A stretch of 64,000 nt of DNA from positions 5,394,001-5,458,000 of the forward strand of contig NC_085847.1 of the NCBI RefSeq assembly GCF_035594765.1, read 5' to 3'. Below are positions 1 to 19,419 of the stretch, piece after piece (the stretch's first letter is position 1; the number at the start of each line of letters is the position of its first letter). Position numbers and translations under genes: made by a program. The notes beneath the pieces were generated by a model that saw nothing but the letters and a program-made list of their open reading frames with translations, did no database searches and was not told the origin of the DNA. Origin of the DNA: Anolis carolinensis. Taxonomy: Eukaryota.

Positions 1-1038
1 ATTATATTATTAAATATTATAATATATTATATATTTTATATATTATTATATTTACTATTTTATTATTATTATATTATTAATTAATTATTATTATATATTG
101 CTATATTATATTATATTATACATTTTTAAATATATTATATTATTATATTTACTATTTTATTTTTAAATATTATTATTTATTGTTATATTATATTTTAGTT
201 ACTATATTATTATATTATTAATTACATATTATATATTGCTATATTATATTATTTATTTAATAATATAATATAATATAATATTAAATATTACATTATAATA
301 TAACATAGCAATATATAATATATAAAATATTTAATAATAATAATAAAATAGTAAATATAATATAGCAATAAATAATATTCAATAATATAAAATAATATAG
401 TAACTAAAATATAATATAATAAATAATATTTAATAATAATAATATAGTAACTAAAATATAATATAGCAATATATAATAATATATAATATAATAATAAAAT
501 AGTAAATATAATAATATAATACATCAATAAATAATAATATTCAATAATATAAAATAATATAGTAACTAAAATATAATATAACAATAAATAATAATATATA
601 ATATAATAATAAAATAGTAAATATAATAATATAATACATCAATAAATAATAATATTCAATAATAATATAATAAGTGACAAATTTTATATATTATTATATA
701 CTGCTATATTATACTACATCATCATATTCAATATTTTATTTTATTATTATATATTATATATTGCTATATTATAATATATAATAATAAAATAAAATACTGA
801 ATATGATGATGTAGTATAATATAGCAGTATATAATAATATATAAAATATATAATAATAGTAATTATAATAAAATAAAATAAGACATGATAATATATAATT
901 ATATTACTTTAATAATATAATTATATATTTATTATTTTTATATTATTATATATTATAATATTATTATATGTATTGTTATACATTATTATGTTATTATAAT
1001 AATACACATAATAATAAATAAATCATAGTAATAATAAA

Positions 1039-1076
<38 letters not shown>

Positions 1077-1099
1077 TACAAACATTTTAAAAATCACAT

Positions 1100-1670
1100 A
1101 AATACTCATGAAAATATTCACAAAAAATAAAATATTCATGAAAAATGATCAGGAAAATATTCACAAAAATTATTAAAAAAAATCAGGAAAAATAATCATG
1201 AAAATATTCACAAAAAATAAAATATTCATGAAAAATGATTAGGAAAATATTCACAAAAATTATAAAAAATTCAGGAAAAATAATCAGGAAAGTATTCACA
1301 AAAAATAAAATATTCATGAAAAATGATCAGGAAAATATTCACAAAAATTATTAAAAAATTCAGGAAAAATAATCATGAAAATATTCACAAAAAATAAAAT
1401 ATTCATGAAAAATGATCAGGAAAATATTCACAAAAATTATTAAAAAATTCAGGAAAAATAATCAGGAAAATATTCACAAAAAATAAAATATTCATGAAAA
1501 ATGATCAGGAAAATATTCACAAAAATTATTAAAAAATTCAGGAAAAATAATCATGAAAATATTCACAAAAAATAAAATATTCATGAAAAATGATCAGGAA
1601 AATATTCACAAAAATTATAAAAAAATTCAGGAAAAATAATCATGAAAATATTCACAAAAATGATAAAATA
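1100..1670. repeat. ~90-bp AT-rich tandem repeat, ~6 copies
   Basis: Recurring AAAATATTCACAAAAAATAAAATATTCATGAAAAATGATCAGG. Confidence 0.85.
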
Positions 1671-1713
1671 TACGAATAATGTGGATAATGATCTCTGGAC
1701 TTTGTGCACGTAC

Positions 1714-2511
1714 ATAGTTGTGGAGGAGGCCCTGCGCGGAGAGGCGTAGCTGCTGGACCTGGCACTGGACCTGCGGGTAGAGTGTCCCTGCGCAGCCGGG
1801 CCCGGCCTCCGACCCCTTGACCGGCAGCTGAGCCTCTGCCTTGACCGGTCCGCCCAAGACCTCATTGACGCCCTTGACTTCGATGCTTCTGCGCAAAGGA
1901 AGGGACGAGAGGACGAGGAGGAGGAGGAGGAGGCCGAGGAAGGACGACCCTGGACAAATAATAATAATAATAATAAATAATAATAATATAATAATAATAA
2001 ATAAATAAAATAGAAGAAAATAATAAAATAAAATACTGGAATAATAATAAATAATAATATAATAATAATAAATAATAAATAAATAAAATAGAAGAAAATA
2101 ATAAAATAAAATACTGGAATAATAATAATAAATAATAATATAATAATAATAAATAATAAATAAATAAAATAGAACAAAATAATAAAATAAAATACTGGAA
2201 TAATAATAAATAATAATATAATAATAATAAATAAATAAAATAGAACAAAATAATAAAATAAAATACTGGAATAATAATAAATAATAATAATAATAAATAA
2301 TAATAAATAAATAAAATAGAACAAAATAATAAAATAAAATACTGGAATAATAATAATAAATAATAATATAATAATAATAAATAATAAATAAATAAAATAG
2401 AAGAAAATAATAAAATAAAATACTGGAATAATAATAAATAATAATATAATAATAATAAATAATAAATAAATAAAATAGAACAAAATAATAAAATAAAATA
2501 CTGGAATAATA

Positions 2512-2563
<52 letters not shown>

Positions 2564-3348
2564 ATAGAACAAAATAATAAAATAAAATACTGGAATAATA
2601 ATAAATAATAATAATAATAAATAATAATAAATAAATAAAATAGAACAAAATAATAAAATAAAATACTGGAATAATAATAAATAATAATATAATAATAATA
2701 AATAATAAATAAATAAAATAGAACAAAATAATAAAATAAAATACTGGAATAATAATAAATAATAATAAATAATAAATAAATAAAATAGAACAAAATAATA
2801 AAATAAAATACTGGAATAATAATAAATAATAATATAATAATAATAAATAATAAATAAATAAAATAGAACAAAATAATAAAATAAAATACTGGAATAATAA
2901 TAAATAATAATATAATAATAAGTTAAAATACTTGAATAATTAATAACAATATTGAACAAATGATCATAATAAATTCAATAAATGAAAATGAATAATACAG
3001 AATAACAGAATAATAAAATGAAAAAAATAATATAATAATAATAAATATTAGAACAAAATATTAAAATAAAATACTGGAGTAATAATGAATAATAACATAA
3101 TATTAATAAATTAAAATGAATAAAATATTAGAACAAAATATTAAAATAAAATACTGGAGTAAATAAATAATACCATGATATTAATAAATTAAAATGAATA
3201 AAATATTAGAAGAAAATAATAAAATAAAATACTTGAATAATCAATAAAAATATTGAACAAATGATCATAATAAATTCAATAAATGAAAATGAATAATACA
3301 AATATTAGGATAAAATAATAAAATATTAGAATTAGAAATGCGGGATAA

Positions 3349-3398
<50 letters not shown>

Positions 3399-3414
3399 GA
3401 AGACCTCCTGCCAT
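1714..3414 (-). CDS. LIF/oncostatin-M-like IL-6-family cytokine, partial. Candidate exon 1 is 3414-3405 (MAG+G); exon 2 is 1949-1714; exon 3 would lie left of the window.
   Basis: Exon 2 has a tttgtccag acceptor (phase 1) and a TAT|gtacgt donor (phase 0). It encodes a hydrophobic signal stretch (SSFLGLLLLLLVLSS) and CAGTLYPQVQCQVQQLRLSAQGLLHNY, resembling LIF helix A (C...Q..L...A..LF.LY) with the same phases as LIF exon 2. The exon 1 donor (GAG|gtcttc) is weak. Confidence 0.6.
1960..2945. repeat. ~60-80-bp A-rich tandem repeat in the cytokine intron
   Basis: Recurring AAATAGAACAAAATAATAAAATAAAATACTGGAATAAT. Confidence 0.85.
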
Positions 3415-3586
3415 GGAGTCTTTCCTGTTCTTGGGCTGAAGGCGAAAAGCAGAAGGAGAAGAAGAAGAAAAAGGAGAAAAAGGAGAAGAAGAAGAAGGAA
3501 AAAAAGGAAAAAAAGGAAACTTGGCCGTCCCATGACTTTGACTCAAAGGGAAGGAAAGAAGGACAGCCTCCAGGGCAGAGAACAAG

Positions 3587-3642
<56 letters not shown>

Positions 3643-3850
3643 TGTCACTTTATTATTATATAACATGACATAATTATATATCATTATATATTATATTATA
3701 ATGCATTATATTATTTTATATTATATATTACATTACGTCACATCGTCATAAAACATTATTATTATTATTATATATCCTGTATTATTATAATATCCATATA
3801 TTAATATGTTACATTACGTTTTTGTATTACATTATATTATTATATATGAT

Positions 3851-4348
3851 ACTAGCTGTGCCCGGCCACGCGTTGCTGTGGCAAAGTGGTGGTGGTATCG
3901 GTTGAAACTTGTTGTGGAATTTTTATTTGTATTTTTTTAAATTAATTTTATCGTCAGTTATCTTTTTTATGTATTATATTTTATTATTTTGTCGTATTAT
4001 TTTTAGTCATTTTGTTATAGTATTTTATTGTATTAATTATTTTAGTGTTTTTCATAATTTTTTATTGTCTTATTTGTATTTATTTTTTTATCATTATTTT
4101 ATTAACACTGGGCTGAGTGGGTTGCTAGGAGACCAAGTGGGCGGAGCTTAGCCTTCTCACTGGCAGCAATTGGATAAAAACAATTATTCCTCTCCCTCTA
4201 ATTAGGAATTTATTTTTCTTTTCTTTTTGTTGTATCAACCTAGAGGCATGGATGAGGGGTTGTGATGTCAATTTTCGAGGTTGTGGGGTGTTTACTTTTG
4301 TTGTTTTGTCCGCTGCCGTGATGCCATCACTCTTTTATATATATAGAT
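3851..4348 (+). mobile_element. Non-autonomous Helitron/Helentron-like element (family copy 1)
   Basis: Starts ACTAGCTGTGCCCGGCCACGCGTTGCTGTGGC and ends CTTTTATATATATAGAT. Many near-identical copies in the window; no TIR or TSD. Class inferred from end structure. Confidence 0.65.
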
Positions 4349-4538
4349 TATATAATTTTTTTATATAATTATTACATTACCTTATTATTATTATTATTAG
4401 ATGGGGATACTTTAGAAATGAAACGCTGGTGCCATCTAATTTTGTAATGAGTTTTGGAAACATCAATCGCTGGATAATCGTTCTGGATAATCCAGAAGCT
4501 TGGATAAGTGAGGCTTGGTTAAGTGAGACTCTATTGTA

Positions 4539-6915
4539 CTTACTCTTATAAACCTGTGGCGCCTGAGAAAGGTAAAACCAATGCCGGAAAGGCAGAAAGA
4601 TATGGCGTCGCAAATTAGTTAAGTTTGAGCTATTTATTTATTTACTTATAGTTCTTACTCTTATAAACCTGTGGCGCCTGAGAAAGGTAAAACCAATGCC
4701 GGAAAGTTTGGGCTATTTATTTATTTACTTATAGTTCTTACTCTTATAAACCTGTGGCGCCTGAGAAAGGTAAAACCAATGCCGGAAAGTTTAGGCTATT
4801 TATTTATTTACTTATAGTTCTTACTCTTATAAACCTGTGGCGCCTGAGAAAGGTAAAACCAATGCCGGAAAGTTTGGGCTATTTATTTATTTACTTATAG
4901 TTCTTACTCTTATAAACCTGTGGCGCCTGAGAAAGGTAAAACCAATGCCGGAAAGTTTAGGCTATTTATTTATTTACTTATAGTTCTTACTCTTATAAAC
5001 CTGTGACGCCTGAGAAAGGTAAAACCAATGCCGGAAAGTTTAGGCTATTTATTTATTTACTTATAGTTCTTACTCTTATAAACCTGTGACGCCTGAGAAA
5101 GGTAAAACCAATGCCGGAAAGTTTGGGCTATTTATTTATTTACTTATAGTTCTTACTCTTATAAACCTGTGGCGCCTGAGAAAGGTAAAACCAATGCCGG
5201 AAAGTTTAGGCTATTTATTTATTTACTTATAGTTCTTACTCTTATAAACCTGTGGCGCCTGAGAAAGGTAAAACCAATGACGGAAAGTTTGGGCTATTTA
5301 TTTATTTACTTATAGTTCTTACTCTTATAAACCTGTGACGCCTGAGAAAGGTAAAACCAATGCCGGAAAGTTTAGGCTATTTATTTATTTACTTATAGTT
5401 CTTACTCTTATAAACCTGTGACGCCTGAGAAAGGTAAAACCAATGCCGGAAAGTTTGGGCTATTTATTTATTTACTTATAGTTCTTACTCTTATAAACCT
5501 GTGGCGCCTGAGAAAGGTAAAACCAATGCCGGAAAGTTTAGGCTATTTATTTATTTACTTATAGTTCTTACTCTTATAAACCTGTGACGCCTGAGAAAGG
5601 TAAAACCAATGCCGGAAAGTTTAGGCTATTTATTTATTTACTTATAGTTCTTACTCTTATAAACCTGTGGCGCCTGAGAAAGGTAAAACCAATGCCGGAA
5701 AGTTTAGGCTATTTATTTATTTACTTATAGTTCTTACTCTTATAAACCTGTGGCGCCTGAGAAAGGTAAAACCAATGCCGGAAAGTTTAGGCTATTTATT
5801 TATTTACTTATAGTTCTTACTCTTATAAACCTGTGGCGCCTGAGAAAGGTAAAACCAATGCCGGAAAGTTTGGGCTATTTATTTATTTACTTATAGTTCT
5901 TACTCTTATAAACCTGTGACGCCTGAGAAAGGTAAAACCAATGCCGGAAAGTTTAGGCTATTTATTTATTTACTTATAGTTCTTACTCTTATAAACCTGT
6001 GACGCCTGAGAAAGGTAAAACCAATGCCGGAAAGTTTAGGCTATTTATTTATTTACTTATAGTTCTTACTCTTATAAACCTGTGGCGCCTGAGAAAGGTA
6101 AAACCAATGCCGGAAAGTTTAGGCTATTTATTTATTTACTTATAGTTCTTACTCTTATAAACCTGTGGCGCCTGAGAAAGGTAAAACCAATGCCGGAAAG
6201 TTTGGGCTATTTATTTATTTACTTATAGTTCTTACTCTTATAAACCTGTGGCGCCTGAGAAAGGTAAAACCAATGCCGGAAAGTTTAGGCTATTTATTTA
6301 TTTACTTATAGTTCTTACTCTTATAAACCTGTGGCGCCTGAGAAAGGTAAAACCAATGCCGGAAAGTTTGGGCTATTTATTTATTTACTTATAGTTCTTA
6401 CTCTTATAAACCTGTGGCGCCTGAGAAAGGTAAAACCAATGCCGGAAAGTTTAGGCTATTTATTTATTTACTTATAGTTCTTACTCTTATAAACCTGTGG
6501 CGCCTGAGAAAGGTAAAACCAATGCCGGAAAGTTTAGGCTATTTATTTATTTACTTATAGTTCTTACTCTTATAAACCTGTGGCGCCTGAGAAAGGTAAA
6601 ACCAATGCCGGAAAGTTTGGGCTATTTATTTATTTACTTATAGTTCTTACTCTTATAAACCTGTGGCGCCTGAGAAAGGTAAAACCAATGCCGGAAAGTT
6701 TGGGCTATTTATTTATTTACTTATAGTTCTTACTCTTATAAACCTGTGGCGCCTGAGAAAGGTAAAACCAATGCCGGAAAGTTTGGGCTATTTATTTATT
6801 TACTTATAGTTCTTACTCTTATAAACCTGTGACGCCTGAGAAAGGTAAAACCAATGCCGGAAAGGCAGAAAGATAGGGCGTCGTAAATTAGTTAAGTTTG
6901 AGCTATTTATTTATT
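4539..6915. repeat. 83-bp minisatellite, ~28 near-identical copies, directly upstream of the HNF1A promoter
   Basis: CTCTTATAAA recurs every 83 bp from 4658 to 6816. The first and last units carry a 32-bp extra segment. Confidence 0.95.
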
Positions 6916-6959
6916 TCTCTCCTTCCTTCGTTCCTTCCTTTCCCTCCCTGTTTCTGTCT

Positions 6960-7075
6960 TTGCGCAACCAGCGCAGGCAGGGTCCAAAGTCCACGGGTTT
7001 TGCTGAGCGCGAGCAGAGTGCAGGCCAAGGCAAGGCCGGCCTAGCTCGCTCGCTCGCTCACTCCCGGGTAAACAC
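6960..7075 (+). promoter_or_regulatory. HNF1A proximal promoter: C/EBP palindrome TTGCGCAA (6960-6967), HNF4 DR1 GGTCCAAAGTCCA (6981-6993), forkhead GTAAACA (~7068)
   Basis: Motifs read directly. An HNF4A DR1 at this position is a known conserved element of the HNF1A promoter. Confidence 0.75.
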
Positions 7076-7157
7076 CAGGTCCGGGACCCGGAGGAGGAGG
7101 AGGAGGAGGAGCAGAGCCAGTCCGCACCGGGACCCCAGTCCGCTGTGGTGGGTGAGG

Positions 7158-14699
<7,542 letters not shown>

Positions 14700-14707
14700 C
14701 AACCATT

Positions 14708-14730
14708 AATAAACAAATGCCCAATTTATT
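14708..14730. terminator. Opposed polyadenylation signals: AATAAA (+) at 14708-14713 for HNF1A and AATAAA (-) at 14725-14730 for C12orf43
   Basis: Both hexamers lie within 10 nt of their respective stop codons. Confidence 0.7.
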
Positions 14731-14736
14731 TATACG

Positions 14737-16914
14737 TCAAGTCGGTCCGACTCCGTCTTGTTTCCCCCTCTTCCTCTTCCTCTTCTTCCGCAAAATGGCC
14801 GCCGGGGATCCGTCGGTCGTGGCGGAAGGCCCGCCCCCCGCTCCGCCCTGCTCTAGGCCACTCCCCTTCAAGATGTCCGCCGCCGTCATGGCCGCCTCCC
14901 GGCAACGGAGCCACTCCTCCCCCGAAGAGCTGGGAAAGGGGGCGGGAAGGTCAGAGTCAGGGCAAGATGGCCGCCCCCAAGGCATCAAATCCAAGATGGC
15001 CGCCCCAAAAAAATTCAAGATGGCCGCCCCAAGGCATGCATTCCAAGATGGCTGCCCCCGATGTAATAATTACAAGATGGATACCCCAAAGGCATTCATT
15101 CCAAGATGGCCGCCCCCAAGGCATCAAATCCAAGATGGCCGCCCCAAAAGAATTCAAGATGGCCGCCCCAAGGCATGCATTCCAAGATGGCTGCCCCCGA
15201 TGTAATAATTACAAGATGGATACCCCAAAGGCATTCATTCCAAGATGGCCGCCCCCAAGGCATCAAATCCAAGATGGCCGCCCCAAAAAAATTCAAGATG
15301 GCCGCCCCAAGGCATGCATTCCAAGATGGCTGCCCCCGATGTAATAATTACAAGATGGATACCCCAAAGGCATTCATTCCAAGATGGCCGCCTCAAAACC
15401 GTTCATTTCCAAGATGGCCACCCCACCCAAGACCCTCAATTCATATAACAATAATAAAATATAAAATAATTAAATAACAATATCATAATAATAATACTGT
15501 AATTCTCACCTCGAGGAGGAGGAGCATCGCCTCTTCTTCCTCACCATGGAAGGCAAGGATTCGGGTTTTTCGGAATTTTCCGGAAGCGACGAGGAGAAGA
15601 GGCGGAACCCTGCGCAGGAAATGACATCACAATTTTTATATAAACATATATATATAATTTTATATATTACTTTATTATATTACTACATTATATATTTTAT
15701 TATTGTAATGTATTTTAGATATATAATTTGTATATATTATAGTATATTATATATATAAAGAAAATACTATAATAATCTAATATGTTAATAATATATTATA
15801 TTATTATACTGTACTTATATTATATTTATATTATTACAATATATTCCTATTACATTATATTACTATACAGTATATAATACTATTATTGTATTGTATGACT
15901 CTATGATATTATATCTTATATAATAAAATAATAATTTTGTATATTTTATAATACAATAACATAAAATTATATATGTAATATTATACAATACAATAGTATA
16001 TAATACTATAATAATGCATTGTAATATAATAATATATTCATAATTATATTATATTATTGCATTACATTAAATTATTTTAGATTACAGTATTATACTGTAT
16101 TACATAATATTTTATTATTATATTGTATACATTTTACATTATATATTATCTTATATTATATTGCGCTATAATTATATATTATTATATTATATTACTATAT
16201 TATTATTTATCCTATATTATTATTATTATTATTATTGTATTAAGAAATACCGTCTCCGGGCGGCTCCGCCCCTTCCTGTTCCTTCTCTATGGTTCCTGGC
16301 GGACGATCCCAGAGCGTCACCGACCTGTGGAGGGAAATTATTCTAATTTATGCGCATACCAAATGAGCAGGGCGCTCCCTCTCTCTGTAGGGAAGCTGAC
16401 CATAGAGACCCAACTGGGAGGACCCAGGAAATTCCTAGAGCGGCAGGAGCAGCCACGCCCCTTACCTGTCCAAGATGGCTGTCAGCTTCTTGGCCACGTG
16501 AGCCTTGAACCCGGCGCTCGTTTGCAGCTCATTTGCATATTCCTCATTAGGGCGGGCTTAAAAGAAAATAAAATTGAATCGTTTTTGTGGAAGTCACGTG
16601 ATTCCTGAAGCCTTCAGAGGCCTTTCACCCCTTTAAACCCCTGTCAGGCCTTTAGACTACAACTCCCGAGAGCCTTTGCCATCCGCCGCGAGGGAAGAGG
16701 CTTCTGGGAGTTGGAGTCCGCTCAGACCGGAAGTAGGCCGCGTTCGAAGCCTACGGCCTTTCCCCGACGCCTTACCGATCGACGGCGACGGGACTCCGCG
16801 GGGAGGGACCCAGGCGGCCTCCCGGGCTCTCTGCAAGGCCTCCGCGTCGTCTTCGTCGCTGCTGCCGCCGCTGCTTCCATTACCGGCGCCATTCTTCTTC
16901 CCGGCCGCTGCCAT
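14737..16914 (-). CDS. C12orf43: Protein CUSTOS, ~198 aa. Exons 16914-16776, 16556-16466, 16324-16251, 15609-15510, 14929-14737. An in-frame upstream ATG is at 16929.
   Basis: Motifs SSDEDDAEALQRAREAA, NELQTSAGFKAHVAKKLTAILD, GFRLFSSS, EEWLRCREAAMTAADIL and a basic tail. GT-AG junctions are in phase (597 nt). Tail-to-tail with HNF1A, as in mammals. Confidence 0.92.
14962..15422. repeat. 139-bp x3 repeat built of CAAGATGG(C) subunits, last intron of C12orf43
   Basis: 17 CAAGATGG occurrences counted. Confidence 0.92.
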
Positions 16915-17261
16915 TTTTAGGAAGGCCATTTTTAGAAGCGCGCATGCGCCAACTTGAGGCGATTTCGGTTTGTTTTCCCCTGCAAAGCGGTGTGCGCATG
17001 CGTGGAAGCGACAAGGTCAGGGAAACGGCCTGAGATGAGGGAGCGCGCATGCGTGAATGCCAGAAAACGCGCATTGGGACGGCTTCGTGTCGAGCGAGTG
17101 CGCCTGCGCGGAAGTGGCGGGACAGTATTGCGGGTGTTGCGGCCTAAAGTGTCCCCCGCAACTTCCGGTTCCGGTGGAAAAAAAAACACCTCAGCGGAGA
17201 GCGGACGAGACTCGTCGCTCGACACGGAAGCGAGCGGAAGTGAGGAGGGGGCCTACATCCG
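16900..17261. promoter_or_regulatory. CpG-rich bidirectional promoter for C12orf43 and RNF185, plus the non-coding first exon of RNF185 (donor ccg|gtgagt at 17261/17262)
   Basis: Several NRF1 sites (GCGCATGCGC ~16940; GCGCATGCG ~16995 and ~17045), GABPA/ETS CGGAAGT (~17109, 17161 reverse, ~17235) and YY1 GCCATTTT. A ZNF143-type ACTACAACTCCC lies at ~16656 in C12orf43 intron 1. Confidence 0.75.
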
Positions 17262-19374
17262 GTGAGTGGGCCTCCTGAGGCTATTGAAGAGCCTCGCAGC
17301 TCCAAAGCCTGGCTGCTTCCTGCCCTGGGAGACCGGGAGGAACCCTCCGATCGTTCGGGGAGTGTTGTTAGCTGGCCCGGGTTGTTCCTTTCCTTGCCGA
17401 CCTCCCGATCAAGGATTCCCCCCCCCCCGCCTTGGGAATGCACAGAAGCAGGCGAAACGTCAGGAGGGAGTGCTGCTGCTGCTGCTTATTGGCCTTAAAG
17501 GTCCCCGGGGAAACTCCTATTATTATTATTCTAATATATGTATATATAAACCCAAAGCAGGCGAAACGTCAGGAGAGAGTGCTGCTGCGCACCTACCATT
17601 ATTATATTCTGTTATTCTATATAATAACATAACAATATATTAATAATATAAAAACAATAATATGTTATATAAACGTAATAAAATAATATATAAATAATAA
17701 TAATAATATATTATAATAGTAATATATAAATGCATTACAATATAGTATCTATAATAATATAACCATATATAATAGTATAATAATCTATAAATGTAATATA
17801 TACATAATGATATAATAATGCTATATCAATGGGATATAATAATATATAAATGTAATATAATATAGATATACATACTAATAGAAAATAATATAATATTTAG
17901 ATGCAATATAAATAGTATCTGTAATAATATAACAATATATAAATAATATGTAATATAATAACAATATATAAATGTAATATATATAAATAATTATATGTAA
18001 ATAATAATAAAATAATCTATAAATGTAATATAATATATACATAATGATATAATAATACTATATACATGTAATATAATAATATAATAATGTAATATAATAT
18101 ATAAATAATAGTATATAAATGTAATATAATATATCCGTAATAATAATACTATATACATGTAATATAATAATATATAAATAAATATAATAATATAAAAATG
18201 TAATATATACATATAATATATAAATGTGATATAATATATACATAATGATATAATAATATTATATACATGTAATATAATATATATGTAATGATATAATAAT
18301 ACTATATACATGTAATATAATAATATATAAATAAATAATATAATATAATAATATAAAAAGTAATATAATATATAAATAATAGTATATAAATGTAATATAA
18401 TATATCCGTAATAATAATACTATATACATGTAATATAATAATATATAAATAAATATAATAATATAAAAATTAATATATACATATAATATATAAATAATAA
18501 TATAATATATAAATGTGATATAATATATACGCAATGATATAATAATATTATATACATGTAATATAATATATATGTAATGATATAATAATACTATATACAT
18601 GTAATATAATAATATATAAATAAATAATATAATAATATAAAAAGTAATATAATATATACGTAATTATATAATAATACTATATACATGTAATATAATAATA
18701 TAATAATGTAATATAATATATAAATAATAATATGATAAAATATAAAAATGTAATATAATATATACGTAATGATATAATAATATAATAATGTAATATAATA
18801 TATAAATAATAGTATATAAATGTAATATAATATATACGTAATGATAATAATGCTATATATATATACATGTAATATAATAATATATATAAATAATATAATA
18901 AAATAATATATAAATGTAATATAATATATACATAATGATATAATAATACTATATACATGTAATATAATAATATATAAACAAAAATACAATATAATAATAT
19001 ATAATACAAATATAATATTATACTATATAAACAACATAATATACTAATGTAACAGCTGTTGTCAGACCCTTTGAAGCAGCCAGGCTTTGGAGCTGCCAGG
19101 CCCTTCACCCAGTGCCTAATATTTAAATCTTTGAGAGACGTAAACATACGTGTGTTTACGTGAACGTGGTTCTGATGCAAGCGTGTGCCAATGGCCCCGG
19201 AGACTCTTTTCCGGGGAAACCAAGGCATCCCTATGGGGATTTCTTGTCTTTTCAAGCAGCACAAGAGGAATCCCATTAATATTATTATTATTATTATTAT
19301 CTGAACGCAAACAGAGGAGATTTTGCCAGCGAGGAGGAGCCCATGCTCGTTCAGGTAATTCAGGCATTTATCCA

Positions 19375-19419
<45 letters not shown>

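Noticed and set aside
4539-6915. CRISPR-like regular array
   Set aside because: Units are near-identical with no unique spacers and no cas genes; eukaryotic minisatellite.
16360-16413. 54-nt AG...GT in-frame candidate exon in C12orf43
   Set aside because: Flanking introns would be only 52 and 35 nt, and the neighbouring exons already join in phase.
19050-19375. Extra RNF185 5' UTR exon or small gene
   Set aside because: Partly matches repeat sequence also seen at ~17290 (GCAGCCAGGCTTTGGAGCTG, reverse); no supportable ORF, although a cag|gtaatt donor at ~19353 cannot be excluded.
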